Shown here in pieces: positions 40,421 through 53,800 of a DNA stretch of 64,000 nucleotides (positions are counted from its first letter, which is position 1; every line of letters begins with the position of its first letter). A program made the translations under genes and the position numbers. The stretch lies in NCBI GenBank assembly GCA_016748015.1, contig JAAOMT010000617.1, forward strand, positions 248,001 through 312,000, in the 5' to 3' direction. The notes under the pieces were generated by a model that saw only the letters and a program-made list of their open reading frames with translations, searched no databases and was not told the DNA's origin. Source of the DNA: Geosiphon pyriformis uo1. Its lineage: Eukaryota; Fungi; Glomeromycota.

Positions 40421-41966
40421 TTTAAAAATCAATCAAATCATTGAGCGTTTACAATTATATCTTAAAATACAACTAACTTCACTATGAAATGAACTTTTTT
40501 TTACGATTCAATTGATGACTAAAGAGATGGGGAGATCTTTTATGGCAATATTTCTAGTGGTCTTTGAAAGGTACCAGTAAAATTTAATTTTTTTCTAATT
40601 AATCTTATACGAAAACACACAGAATCTTAAAGATTACAAAGACCCTTTTTGTAGAAATTTTACCAAAAAAAAAATGTCCTTATATGAATTCAGTACAAGT
40701 GGTATTCAAAGTGGAGGCATCTAAAACTGCTCGTATTAATAAGTCTTTGTTGCAGGATATAGAATACATTTTTCTCATTAATAGCATTATTTTCATTGGT
40801 TGGCAGAGGTATAACGAAAAAAACTTTTAAATTTAACATTGGGAGTATCCGATGTACAGCATGTTTGAACTATATAATACTGAACAAAATAAATCTTTAG
40901 GATTGATCTCAAGAAAATAGAATACTTACAGAAATAGTTAAGTCCCGGATTTTCCTTTATTTTCAATGAATTGGAAATATTTTGGTTTGAAATTTGTATT
41001 GAGTTATTGGGATTTTTATACTTAATTCATATTATTCCATTAATATTATGATATTTGATTGTTTTTATTGCTATCTTGACCTTTTATGTAAACCTAATGT
41101 TTGTAGTTTTGAAAATTATAAATTCTTTCTCTCAATTCTAAAATAAAATTGAGCTTTAGAATCTTCTTAAGAAATCTCTCTTTTATTTATAATGCTAAAT
41201 TTTTTAAAAAAAAATTATTTCAAAACTAAGAATTATTATGTTTTAGGCAAAATATTGTTGATAATATTTTTTTTTATTTTAACTATATATATCTTATTTT
41301 TAGAAATAAATACACATTATCGCCTATAAATATTTTTAGGATTGCGTTATCCTAAAGTTTTAAAATATTTCAACTCATTCTAAAAAATTCTATCAACATA
41401 AAATGCAAATATTTTATAATTTAATAATTGAAATTTTTTTATTAGTTATTCGAGCCTAAATTTATTCTTTCTTAATGCAAGAAGTTTGAGTTAAATGTTA
41501 GATTGCATAGGTTTATGAATATGGATTTTCTAGCAAGAGAAATTGGTTTCAATTGATAAAACAATTTAATTTTAAGATTTTAAAAAATTTTTGATCTTGG
41601 CTTCGCAATTTATAATTTAAGTATGTTTTAAAGTTTAACCGAAATTCATTTTCTCAAAGAAAATTTGTAATCTATCGTCTTAAGTTTTTGGGACTAAAAA
41701 TTAATCGAGAATTCTTCTCTAATTGACACCATAAAGACTTTAGAATCTTTATTAAAACAAATAGGATTGGAAAAACTTGCAAAGAATTACTGTTTTCCCA
41801 ATTTTGAATTAGCATTTTCTTGTAAAAATATCTCTATACCCAACACTCTTCGAAATTGAGTCGTTTAGCCCCATTAGCTCGTCTTTGGAGATTACATACC
41901 ATATAATAGTTATAGAACTAGAACCAAAAAGCACATTTGATATCACTTTTAGGGAGAATTTTTTAC

Positions 41967-43222
41967 TCATGCTAAGTAATCTTCTTCAAAGAACTTGACA
42001 ATATTTTGTGTAGTCTCGCGATCTAACGAACAGTCTAGCAACTGTGGTTCTGTTGCGGCTGAGATATTGTAGATCGTCTGAAGTCCTTCTTGAAGAACAT
42101 AACAATCTAAAAGATTTTTTAACGAAGCATTGAAAGTTTATTATAACAGTAACAAAATAACTTGCAAGCTGAAACTTTCGTTACCGTGTAGCTTGAGTTT
42201 TTCAGTACCGGCTGACATTTGCGAGACGAGATGAACCCATTTGTTTCTATTAGTCAAATTGGTTGTATCATTATCACTTTGTTTTTGCCACTTTTGGGAA
42301 ATTAAAGCTCATGTTTGGATATTACTATTCTCATTTGATTCGAAATTGTTCCTTTGAATGTATAAATTAAAATTTTCCTTACTTTTGCAAGATTTTCTTG
42401 AATGATCGGCTGTGTATCGGGGTGAAGTGCGTTGGAAACTTTTCCAGTAAAATTTATTATTTCTTGAGAATTATGGACAGGAATAGTTGTAATAGTTGTA
42501 GATGACGCGAGTAACCTAGAATTTATTTAAAATACTGTATATTAAAACAATCCAAAAATGTTATTATTACATTTTTGACCTTCGCCAAGACTTGCCGTCC
42601 TTGAATTTCATACAAAGGCTGAGCATTTCCCGATATTAGATATAGTAATAAGTAGACTTTAGAATATCGTTGATTTGAAAGTTGAATTCTTTAAAATAAA
42701 AATAGAAAAATATTAGCATCACAATCCTTTATCCTTTAACTTTCTAATCAAAATCAAATTAAAAAAAAAAAAGATTTCATTTCAACGGTGAATATTCTGA
42801 ACTTTACCTCTTAACACACTGACGAATTAGTTCTTGCTTCTGTCCATCTAAAGTTAATAACTCCCAATTTTTACTAGTGAGGCATAGAAAGGTAATATTG
42901 GATTTCGTGAAAGTAATATCCTATTCAAATAGATTTACAAATTAGTATTCAAAAATGATTGAGAAACTTAATGCCCATAGAAAAAATACCCCGGGAGTCG
43001 CCTGTGTGCTTTCCACATCTAAAGAAAGCACACGAAATAATCGGTTTTAAGAAAAATCGGAAAGATGAGAAAATTTTTTTACCAGATCTTTAACTTGACA
43101 AAAAAATTATGGAAAATTTTCTCACATCTAACACGCCATTCTTCTTTTTTCATATCCTCAGCGATACGTTTCCATTCATCAGCCAAATTCTTATTGAATA
43201 AAACAACTGGTTGTTGAGACAT
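41967..43222 (-). CDS. SPO16: SPO16/SCRE (C1orf146)-like ERCC1-fold meiotic ZMM protein with C-terminal HhH-like region, 236 aa, 7 exons
   Basis: Exons 43222-43126, 43018-42990, 42920-42808, 42688-42596, 42515-42383, 42290-42185 and 42106-41967 join without stops. RVRYVES...GDITFTKSNITFLCL and YEIQGRLL...IPVHNSQEIINF align by eye with C1orf146 (KVRYSDS..GSIIFSLSGVAFLL; FRIQQRFL..LPVHNTVNAINL). Confidence 0.8.
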
Positions 43223-43674
43223 GAAAACTAACAAAGAAAAAACTTTTAAATTTAATGAAAGAAAACCTCCAATTTAAAATTCAAGGCAAAATTGTGGAAG
43301 ATGCATTATTTGATCAGGATCATTCTGCATAATTAGATCACATTTGCTTAGCTTGAGTTTTAGGTTGCTTCACCGGTTGAGAAATTGAAGATATATACAT
43401 CCAGCTTCTAAGTAGTAAAGATTGTTCCCAAAATTATTTTTTAAAATTTTAATTTTAATTTCAATATTAATATTACAAGTACTATATTTCAAATAATAAA
43501 AATATATTTATGTTACATATTTTTAAATTTTCTAAAACAGATAAGAATTAAAAATAATATATATTTTTAAAATATTAATCTTTTATGAGTTCAATCTAAA
43601 GATCATGTAATTTAAAATATATAATATGAGTGAATTATATCCATTAAAAGTTTTCTAAATGTAAAATTTCTAAG

Positions 43675-45238
43675 TTATGGAAGGTAAATAAGTTCTATTT
43701 CGAAAGTATTTGAAAAAATAAGAAAGTTTAGCATATCAAATTAAAGAATTAATCAATATAAAATTTAATAACTAACCTTTAGAAAAATCAATCATTTGCA
43801 AAGTTAAAACACGACTTGTATAAACTGCTCCCGGATGGATGCTCGTTGTCGTTGGATCATTTTTTATCGATTCGTTCTTCGATATTTCTTTTACATATTC
43901 ATCTGATTCTAAAAACTGTACTACTTCAGGACTCTTAGTTTTAGGTTCTTCACCTGTAGACTCCTCATCTGTAAAGTTCTTATTTCTAGGCTTTTCATAT
44001 ATCTGGTAAAGTTCTTCCAACTTCTCGTAAACCTCATGAGCAGTAGGACGACTCAATGGATTAGCATCCCAACACTTTTCAATTATTTCGGCAATATAAG
44101 ATGGAATGAGAGGGGAAGTGATTTCAGGTCTAGCACCATTTAAAATAGCCATCACGAGAAGATGATCATGGGAACGATCATAAAAGGGAGGCTTTCCTGT
44201 TGCTAATTGCCATAATAACATGGCAAAACTATAAATATCACCAGCCATTGTAAACTTTTCTCCTCTTAAAACTTCTGGTGGAATGTATGGAACTACTCCA
44301 TAGATTTCTTTTTTCTTCTCCGTTGCTTTTTCTGTTGTTGGGAGGTTGTTTGTAGGTTGACATAATCCAAGATCTCCAATCCTTAACAAACTTTTTTGAT
44401 GTTGTAAGATGTTGCCTGAGTGAAGGTTATGATGAATCATACCAGAAGAATGAATATTATCAAGTCCAGAAATTAAATTTCGCGCGATACTTAATTTATC
44501 TTCCCAACTCGTAGAATGAAAATTCGTTGATAAATAGTTTCGTATATTCCCATCTTTGGCAAAATCCATCACAATTCCATATTCGAGTGTTTCAGCGTTT
44601 TTTGTAATTCCGTATATTTTAGAGATATAGTATAGATAATTACCGTTGTTATTCATAAACATAGTTCTTTGAGTATATAACTATCAAAAATGAAAAATAA
44701 ATAAATAAATAGATAATATAAATAAGTAAATAAATAAATAAATAATAGCTAAATAAGAATTAAATAATAAAAATAATTTGATTACCTCTTTAAGCACTTC
44801 TTCACTATTCTTCATAAATTTTATTGCTACTTCCATCCCTTCTTCATTCCTTTTATATCTTTCATATTCCATTTCACCATGATGCTTTAGGCTAGATAGA
44901 TCAATCTTTCCATCAATCCATGTTGCTTTATAAATTACACTGAACCCTCCTCTAGCAATTTCGTTGATATTCGATAAACGCTCCCATGGAATCCATTCAT
45001 AATAATTTAAAATACCAGAATAATGATTTTTAGCAGGTGGATAATAGATTGGATTCTTAATTATTTTATCAACTACTTTATTGCCACTTGATAAGTCCCG
45101 GTAAAGTTTTTCAAAAAATATAAACCAGCATGCTCTACAATAATTATTTTTATCGTATTGAATGCTCTCTTGACAGAAAGAACACAGGTTACAATCATGA
45201 ACTTCTGGGCGAGTTTTTTTAATTTCAACGTTTTCCAT
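43675..45238 (-). CDS. AMF-type tyrosine-kinase-like protein kinase, probable pseudokinase
   Basis: N-terminal CxxC...CxxC, EWIPWERL, IARGGFSVIYKA, VAIK, IHHNLHSGNIL, IGDLG, YGVVPYIPPE, CWDANPLSRP, IHPGAVYTSR. Short last exon (ELIYLP*) inferred. Confidence 0.9.
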
Positions 45239-46339
45239 GGTGTGGATAAAGGACAAAGGATAAGTGCGAATAAATGTGAATAGGGTATTATTCGAAGAGG
45301 CTTTTTTATAAGCTTTTATTAATACTACGTTTGGAAAGCAGTATTTTATTGTTTTTCTATGTTCACATAGTTTGACATGTGAATCAATCAAATCATCGAC
45401 CCTTTAACCTTAAATAGTTATAGTGCATAAAGACGCCAAACAAGTTTTCTATTGTTACCTAAACGAGTAGTTTTGGGCTTTGTAGGCTTCGTGTGAACCA
45501 TGAGAAATACCATATGATTCAATCATAAGCTATTGCCTACTAAACGAGAGCTTTTTAAACATGTTAGTTAACATTTATTATATAACCTATCACTTCCATA
45601 TTAATCACTGGAAACACTTTTACCAATAAATGAACAGGTGAACTTAAAGGATCTATTTTTTTAACATAAAATATTTTAAGGTTATGCTTTAATAATAGAT
45701 ATCTTTATTAAATGTTTATTTCTCCGTTATTTTAGTTTGCCTAACACTAAACAAAAAGGTTTTATTAATGACTGCTTTTCATTTTTTATTTTGTTAACTT
45801 TCAATTTCTTTTAAACTATTTAACTTTCAGATTATTAATTATTCGATTAAAGCATCCTAAAAGAATTTTTCTTTTGGGAATGCCTAAAAATTTTTAATAA
45901 ACGAACTAATTAAAGAATATCAAATAAGGGTGGTTTGAATTTCAAATTGGTTAAGCTAAGATAAATCAATAACTCTAAATAGCAAAATGATTTCCACAAC
46001 TGCTATAATCAATAAATTCAGTGCTAATATACAATAAATTTTGAAAAAAAAGTTTAATGTTTCAATTAAAAATTTTAAATTTGTAGATTTTCTTTTATTT
46101 CAAAAAATAATCAAACATTATAATTAGAAAATTAATTTTTGGAATTTAAAACACTTGATTATACATATAAGTTAAAATAATTCAATATTTCTTGATTAAA
46201 AATAAGATCTTCAAAACATGTTATAAAATAAAATATATGTAATTAAATGTTTGATTTAATTAATTCATAGTTTTCATAGACTGATTCTTTATAAATTTTG
46301 TATAAAAAGCTTTTAAGTTTCCAACGTCTCAAAAGAATA

Positions 46340-46800
46340 TTAAAATAGTGGAAGTAACTACTGCAATGCTTGCCGTTTTATATTTTTTGAAAAACCTTAC
46401 CGGGGCCTTTTCAAGCGGCAATAAAATAGTTGATGAAATGATTAAGAATCTAATCTAAATTCCACCTACTAAACATTCTTCCATTATCATGAATCGATTT
46501 CATGAAAACGTTTGTAAAATATCAACAAAATTGGTGAGAAAGGTTTCAGTACAATTTATAAAGCAAGAAGTTGAATGAGCTTTGAAAGATGTATCTGTGG
46601 TGTAAATTACTAGTTGAAGAGACTAAAACTGAAATAGAATAGTTTTTAAAATCAGAGAAATACATAAAAAGAACGACTCGATAAAAAATAATTCAACTAA
46701 AACGATAAAAAAAACTTCAAGCATTGATCTAGGAGCAGTTTATATAAGTCATCTTTTAACTTCGCAAATAATTGATTTTTCTAAAGGTCAGTTAATCTGA
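46340..46800 (+). pseudogene. Inverted, internally deleted copy of the kinase gene
   Basis: 46381-46450 matches the kinase N-terminus (FFEK..SSGNKIVDE.IKN). 46725-46795 matches its C-terminus (GAVY.S..LT.Q.IDFSK plus donor site). Confidence 0.8.
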
Positions 46801-47009
46801 TTTATAAGTGATAAACTTTTAAATTGATTAATTCTTTGATTTAATTATTATATATTAAAATTTTGCCTTAAATTATATTAGTTATAATGTTTATTAAATT
46901 TATTTCAAAATTTTAAAATATGTATACTTTATTAATTTATTATAAATAGTATTTTCTCTCATATAAAATATTGCCCAAATGTAAATCATATGAGCTATAC
47001 CAAATCTTT

Positions 47010-47050
47010 CTTTTGCAATTTCGTTGATATTTGACAAACGCTCCTATGGA
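47010..47050 (-). pseudogene. Short second kinase fragment
   Basis: GCAATTTCGTTGATATTTGACAAACGCTCCTATGGA is near-identical to 44955-44990. Confidence 0.7.
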
Positions 47051-47399
47051 CCCAAGAATAATAAAAAACTTCTTATTGATTTTATTATTAGGTAGAATAT
47101 AGAGTAGGTTCTAAATTATTTAATTGTTTCATATTTTGTGAGCTATTACAATCCAGGAATTCTCAAAAAATTTTACAAAATAAAAATTTAATGTTAACTT
47201 GATTAAAATTGATAAATTCAGGCTATCTTTTGTATAAATTTAAAAAGTAACATTTCATATAAAAGATTATTTTGAAGTTGAATAATTAAAAATAAAAATA
47301 AAAAAGAAGTCATTAAATGAATTCATTTAAAAGTTTTTTCAAAGATGTTTTAAGTCTAAGATGAAAACAAACTAATCAATTTCAAAGCTATTAAATTAT

Positions 47400-49340
47400 A
47401 ATGTAATAAAATAGAATTCAAAAAAATAATTGGGTTTTTATTAATTATTGTGTATTCAAAATAAAAAATATATTATTAAATGTTGTAATTAATTTTAAGC
47501 TATTAATTATTCTAGCTAAAATACTGTTACCAGTTGAATTTGAATTAAAATTAGCATAAAATTATCTTTCTAATTCTTATTATTAATTAGTATTAATTAT
47601 TTAATTTAAAATTGGGTTTTAAAATTTAAAATTTAAAATTACTAAATACTAATCTTTGGCTTATGAAATTAACAAAGTTTGAAGTTTAATAATAATTGTC
47701 TCAATAATAATAATTATTTTATTAAGAAATTTATTATTATTATTAACTAATGAGTGAAGCCCAATTACTATCTACTATGGTACAATAAGATATATGTTAT
47801 AATATAAATATGGCTTATGTACTTTCTTTATATGACTAACCACTTGGCCGATTAAGACATTTAGTGCAATTGAAACATCTCTCATTAAATCTGAAAAAGT
47901 TATATTTTTAAAATAATATCTCAAAATTTTAAAAATTTAATTAATAACTTTAAATTTATCTAAAATGTTTTTTTATTAAAATTTATGTAATATTAAATAA
48001 ATTTTAGTATTATTAAATTTGGTAAATTTCTTTAAAATTAATGTAAATTTTACTTAAACTGTTTAATATTTATTTAAACTTTACTTGAACTGCTTAAAAT
48101 TTATCTGAATTATTTGAATTTTACTATAAACTACCAATCTTAATAAATAAAAATAATTCTTTAATGTTTTGAATTTTAATTTTTAATTAATAACAATAAT
48201 TTTAGCAGTATAAAGTTTTTGATTAATAAAGTTTTATTCTTAAGATATAATTAATATTAATCAAAAAATGTATTGTTTAAATTTAAAAAAAACCTAAAAA
48301 GTTTTATACATTTTGGCAAATACTTTTTGAAAACTTTGAATAAGCAATCACAATTATAGTCTATTTTTAAAAATTTATAATAATATATTTTTATATACAA
48401 TTTGTCTAATTTTTTAATATTATTAAAAATTAATTATTATACATAAAAACAGTCATATCAACTAAAATATATTAAGCTTATCTATATTAAATTAATCAAA
48501 AAATTGCTTTCGGGTTTTTAAAATATCTGATAACAAGTCTATTAAGAAATATTTAAATAAAAAAAATCATTAAAAATCCAAAAAAATAGCCAAAAAATGA
48601 ATATTTTTAAATGCTTATTAAGAACTAAAAAAAACCAAAAATATTAAAAATAAATTACTTATTTTATATAAAAATAATTTTATATTATTTTAATATATAA
48701 AATTTTTTTATTTAAGTTTTATTTAATAATGTATATCTATAATAATACTTATATAAATATACTTATTTTTATAATTAAGATTTCTTTTAAATTATATTAT
48801 AAGTTATAAACATCTAATATACTATAAAAATATTGTAGATACTAAGATATAAACAATTTATAAATATTTAATATAAGATAAAAATGTTAATATCTTTAAA
48901 ATAACACTTTTTTTTGATATTTATTTGGAGTTAACATCTATTTTATAAAGTATATAAGAATATATCTGTTTTTAACAGCCATAATAATGTGTTTTTATAA
49001 ATTATTATTTCTTTTTTTACTAATTTAGTTGTTTAAAACTTTTAAATCATAAAAAAATTGTGATTTATTCTTTATAATAGTCTTTAAATATGTCTTAAGC
49101 TGTTTTATTATATTTTTTATAACAGTATTAATAGTTATTAATACTGGTTTCTTTTGTTTTTTTACTAATATATATATTTTTTGGCCAGTAATCTATTATT
49201 ATTTTTCTTAATAACTTTTTTAACAAATCTTTAAAAATTTTTATAACTATATAAAACTTTCTGATTATTTATTAAATCTTTTAAAAAACACAATAATATA
49301 ATATTTTTTAATCTTAAAATAATACTAAAAGTTTTTTCAT
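47400..49340. mobile_element. Hypermutated repeat relics, unclassified
   Basis: AT-rich and CpG-poor. A possible integrase-like YWP remnant near 49180 (-). Confidence 0.4.
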
Positions 49341-50068
49341 TATTATTAGCCAAAATTTAAAATATTATTTAATATAAAATTATCTTTATAATTCTTATTA
49401 TCAATTAGCATATCTTATAGTTTCAATTTATTACTTATTATTTTATCAAATTATTCGAATTAATATTTAATTAATAACTCAATTTGTATAAAATACAAAT
49501 ATAATCAAATTATACAATATATCGAACCATATAATATTTAAAATTTGCCAAAATATTTAATAGTTTATCAAAATAATCCATAAATTTACAGAAATAACTT
49601 GTAATTCAACAAAATATATCTTTAGTTTGCTAAAATATTAGAAAAAAAAAAGTGTTAAATTATAGAATAGTATTATAACAAATTATATAAAAAAAAAGCT
49701 TTTTTTTTTAAGAAAATATATTTTGTACAAAATATTTTAGCTAGAATCATATTTCTTATAAATTAATTTCAATAAAAACTCATTTTGAAAAACATAAAAT
49801 TCTTAATTATTATTGTTTAAAATTATCTATTTTATACTAACAGTTTGAAATTAATTAACTATTAATTTTAGTAATTATTAGTAACTTTTTTAACTTATTT
49901 TCTTATTTTTTTTTATTATAAGCCCAATAGCATATATAATTCAAAGTATAAAAAATACTTTGAAAAAAAATTAGCTTATTAAAAGTTTACTAATTTTTAT
50001 TAATAATAAAATTAACAGCAAAACAGTATTAATAATATCAAAAAAAAAGTAAAAAAACCTTAGTAATA
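49341..50068 (+). repeat. 5' LTR of element A
   Basis: Colinear with 59518-60496. Termini TATTATTA...TAGTAATA (mutated TGTTATTA/TAATAACA). Confidence 0.7.
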
Positions 50069-50786
50069 TTTAGTGTTCTTCTAAAAATAACACAGCAATA
50101 ATTAAATTAAAATAGTGATTGTATTTAACATAAAAACTTTAAAGTATTATTAGTTAATTTACATCTACTACAAATAACAATTTGAAAATTTAAAATAAAA
50201 TTACAGCTTTTAAAAAAACTTTTTTTAATACATTAAAAATTAAATTAATAACTATTTTTTTGGAAATTACAATATTACAAAAGTCCAAAAAAAATCTTCT
50301 TAAAAACTTAATTTACTATTTAAATGAAGATCCAAAAGCTATTAATACTAATACTTATATTATTTACTTTAAAAAACTTAACTATAATATCATCAAGTTT
50401 TGTAAAAAAAATATTCTGTTGATTTATAATTTGTTTTTAAATTTGAATTAAAACTAGAAACAAGCAGCAAAGACAAACAAAAAAACACCAAATTTGTTTA
50501 CATAACTTCTGATACATTAAAAACAATATTTAAACAATTATATACATTTAAACAAAGAACCAATACTAAACTATTACTTTTAATCACATTTTTTTTTAGC
50601 TTTACTTGCTCAAACACAAATGCTAAACTTATTTTTTAACCAATTTTTAAGACCAGAAGACTTTATTAAAAGCTTTATTTAACAGTCAGAATTAATTTAT
50701 ACTAGTATTAACCTTTTTAATTATTTAGCAAAAAACCAAAATAAACATTCAAAAACATTAGCCAATGAAAAAAATATTTCTGAGTC

Positions 50787-50828
<42 letters not shown>

Positions 50829-53800
50829 ATAAATAATTAAGAAAACAAAAAAATAGCCACTGTTTATATTGCAAAAATTTCCAATTTTTCTGAAAAAAAT
50901 ACTGAAACCAGTTTTCAAAAATAGCTTAACCAAATTACTAAAGCAGAAGATATAAACAGATAGAATACAATAAAAATATTAAAAGCAATTTCTTGCTTTC
51001 TTAAAAAAACTGCAAGTAAATAGTTTAAAACCTTGGTCAATATTTTAATTACTTTTTAAAACCACTTTTAAAATATTAAACAAAAATTATCAAAATTAAT
51101 TATAACTTATATTAGGAATTTCAACAAACTTTTCAAAAAAATTTAACAACTAGAAACAAATACTTATTATTCTAAACTTAAATTTTAGATCAATTTATTA
51201 CTGGTTTAAAAAATTAATTAATTTAAAAATCTTAGCCTAATTATTATTAATCTGTTTTATTATAACAACAGTATTATCAACTATTATTAGTTTAAAGTTA
51301 TTAATTATTAACAAAAAATTGGTTTAACTTAATTAATTTATATCATAAAACTGTTTTCAGTTAAACAACAACAAATTTGGTTCCAATAATTAATTAATAT
51401 TTTGTAATAATTATCAATAGTTATTTAAATACTTTTATATACAATTCAGTTATTTTATTATACCTGAAAACCAAAATTTTTATTATATTAAACTCTTAAA
51501 AAATAAAACTATAGCACAACAACAAATTTTTTTTTTAACAATATTATAATTTTACTAGTAAAAATAACCAAAAATACAAATATTTTAAACATATTTTTAT
51601 TTAAATTTAAAGTCAATAAATTATTTTTTCTACTTAATAATGCTATTACTTTAGAACAAAAAGCCACTACAATAATATATATTAAAGCAAAAGTTAAAAA
51701 AAAATCAATTTGATTGATTCTAAAAAATAAATTTGTCAAAAACATTATTATTTATCAACTAATATAATAATTAAAAAAAAATATTGACCAATTGGCTTAA
51801 ACAATGATTATTATTGCTAATAGTATAAAAAAGACATCTGTAGAAAAAGTTGACAATTTTTTTTTTATAATTAATAAAATTACTATTTTAGTTAAAATTC
51901 TTATTATAAATGTACTTTAATATTAAGCTTTTATCAGAAATAATTGGCTTTGAGAAGCCAATACAAGTTTAATTTAAAAAACCCAAAAATTAAAAATTTT
52001 ATATCAAAAAAATATATTAAAGTATTTGTTATTTATAATATTTTTAATATATAATTTGAAAAAGTCTCAGTTTTCGAATTTAAAAAAAGACCAATTAGCA
52101 AAACTTATATGGCTCTTAATTTTTGGTTTGATTGGAGTAAAAAAACAGAACAATTATTTAAAACATTTATACTACAATTAATATTATTATAATTTAAAGA
52201 TACTAATCAACAATCTATATTAATAAATAAATAAATCAATAATTAATATATTTTTTATTCTAAACTTTAACTTAGAAAACAACCAGTTTATATTTTACTC
52301 AAATATAAAAATTGTAATAAAAAGCTTTTATCTATAAAAATCTATATTGTAAAATTTGTTACAAAAAATAATTTAATAATTTTAAATAAAATAAAAAATA
52401 AGACAATACACTTTGTTTTACATATAAAAAACTATTACTTTAAGAATACAACTAAATTAATATTGTAATAAAAAGAAAATTTTGTGACCAAATTTGTTAA
52501 TATGCTCTTTTTATTTTTTAAAAAGTAAAAAAAATAACATTATTTACAGTAATTTATAATAATACTGTTAACAAACTCTATTACTACTTATATAATACTA
52601 AGATAATTTACAAACTAACTATAGTTCTTATTAATAAAAGAACTTAAAAAGACACTTACCAAATAAAAAAAATAAAAAAAATTAAATATATTATAAAATT
52701 AGCTAGATTTAACTATAAAAATAAAGTTGAACTTTACTATTTAAATTTCAATTATGTTTATTTTTCTAAAAAAACCCAAATTTAATAATTAAAGCAAATA
52801 AATATTCAATTATGTAAAAAATACATTATGTTTTATAATAATATGTAATGTTCTGAATATTTTGTTTTTAGCATATTATTATTTACTAAAAATAACCAAG
52901 AATAAATTAAATTTAGAACACAAAAAAAACAGCCAAAAATTTCAACAATTTTAATCTATCTTATTAAAAACCAATTTGCTTTACCACTTAAATATTTTAA
53001 TAATAATAAACAAAGAATTAAATCAAAAAAAGCTTATAAAACTGATGCAAAATTTAATTTTTATTTTAAAACCAAAATTATTTACAAAAATTAATCTCAA
53101 AATTGCTTTCAAAATTCTATTAGAAGCAATAGTACAAATTGCTTTTTAATTATTATTGTCAAGCAAAAAAATCAATATTAAAGAAAAAATTATTAATACA
53201 AGATATATAAGAAATATTACAATAATGTTTTAAAATAAAACTAAAAAGTTATTTAAAATTAAACATATTAAAAAAATTGTTTAAGCTATTTATCTATTCT
53301 TAATTAATATTTCAGGTTTTTAATTTGTTAAAAATCAAGAAAAACTTGACAAAAGCAAAAAAGAAATTCAAGAATTTGAATTAACTAAATAATTTATAGT
53401 TTTAGTAAATATAACTTTTAATATATAAAATAAATTTTATTAGATTTTTAGATTACCAAAAACAATTATTATTTTATCTTTTAGAGAAATTTATAAAGCA
53501 TATATATGTCCAATATTTATTATTAATTAACAAATTTTTGAATTCAACAAAATATTTACAAAAAATATGAAATTTTAATTTCTAATATTTATTTACCAGA
53601 AGAAATTATAGAATTCAATATTATATTTTACAATTTTAATAACCATCTTATTACATTAGATAATTATTTAGAAATTAAATTTATTTACAATAACATTTTT
53701 TAGCAAGAGTTATTCTAAATAGTTTCAAATTTTACAAAAATAATTGAATATTTTTTTTCAAAATTCAACTTAACTTTTATTATTAAGAAATTATTTCAAA

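Noticed and set aside
43083-43093. 11-nt micro-exon in SPO16-like intron 1
   Set aside because: Inclusion shifts the frame to a stop in exon 3; at most a poison exon.
21220-43222. Meiosis/repair gene cluster (Mug190-like, KU70, SPO16-like)
   Set aside because: Genes are dispersed among unrelated ones, and Mug190-like proteins are membrane tethers; no evidence of functional clustering.
50791-50826. 36-nt poly(A) resembling a retroposon tail
   Set aside because: Lies within gag after SES; best explained as a (GAA)n poly-Glu tract converted by G>A.
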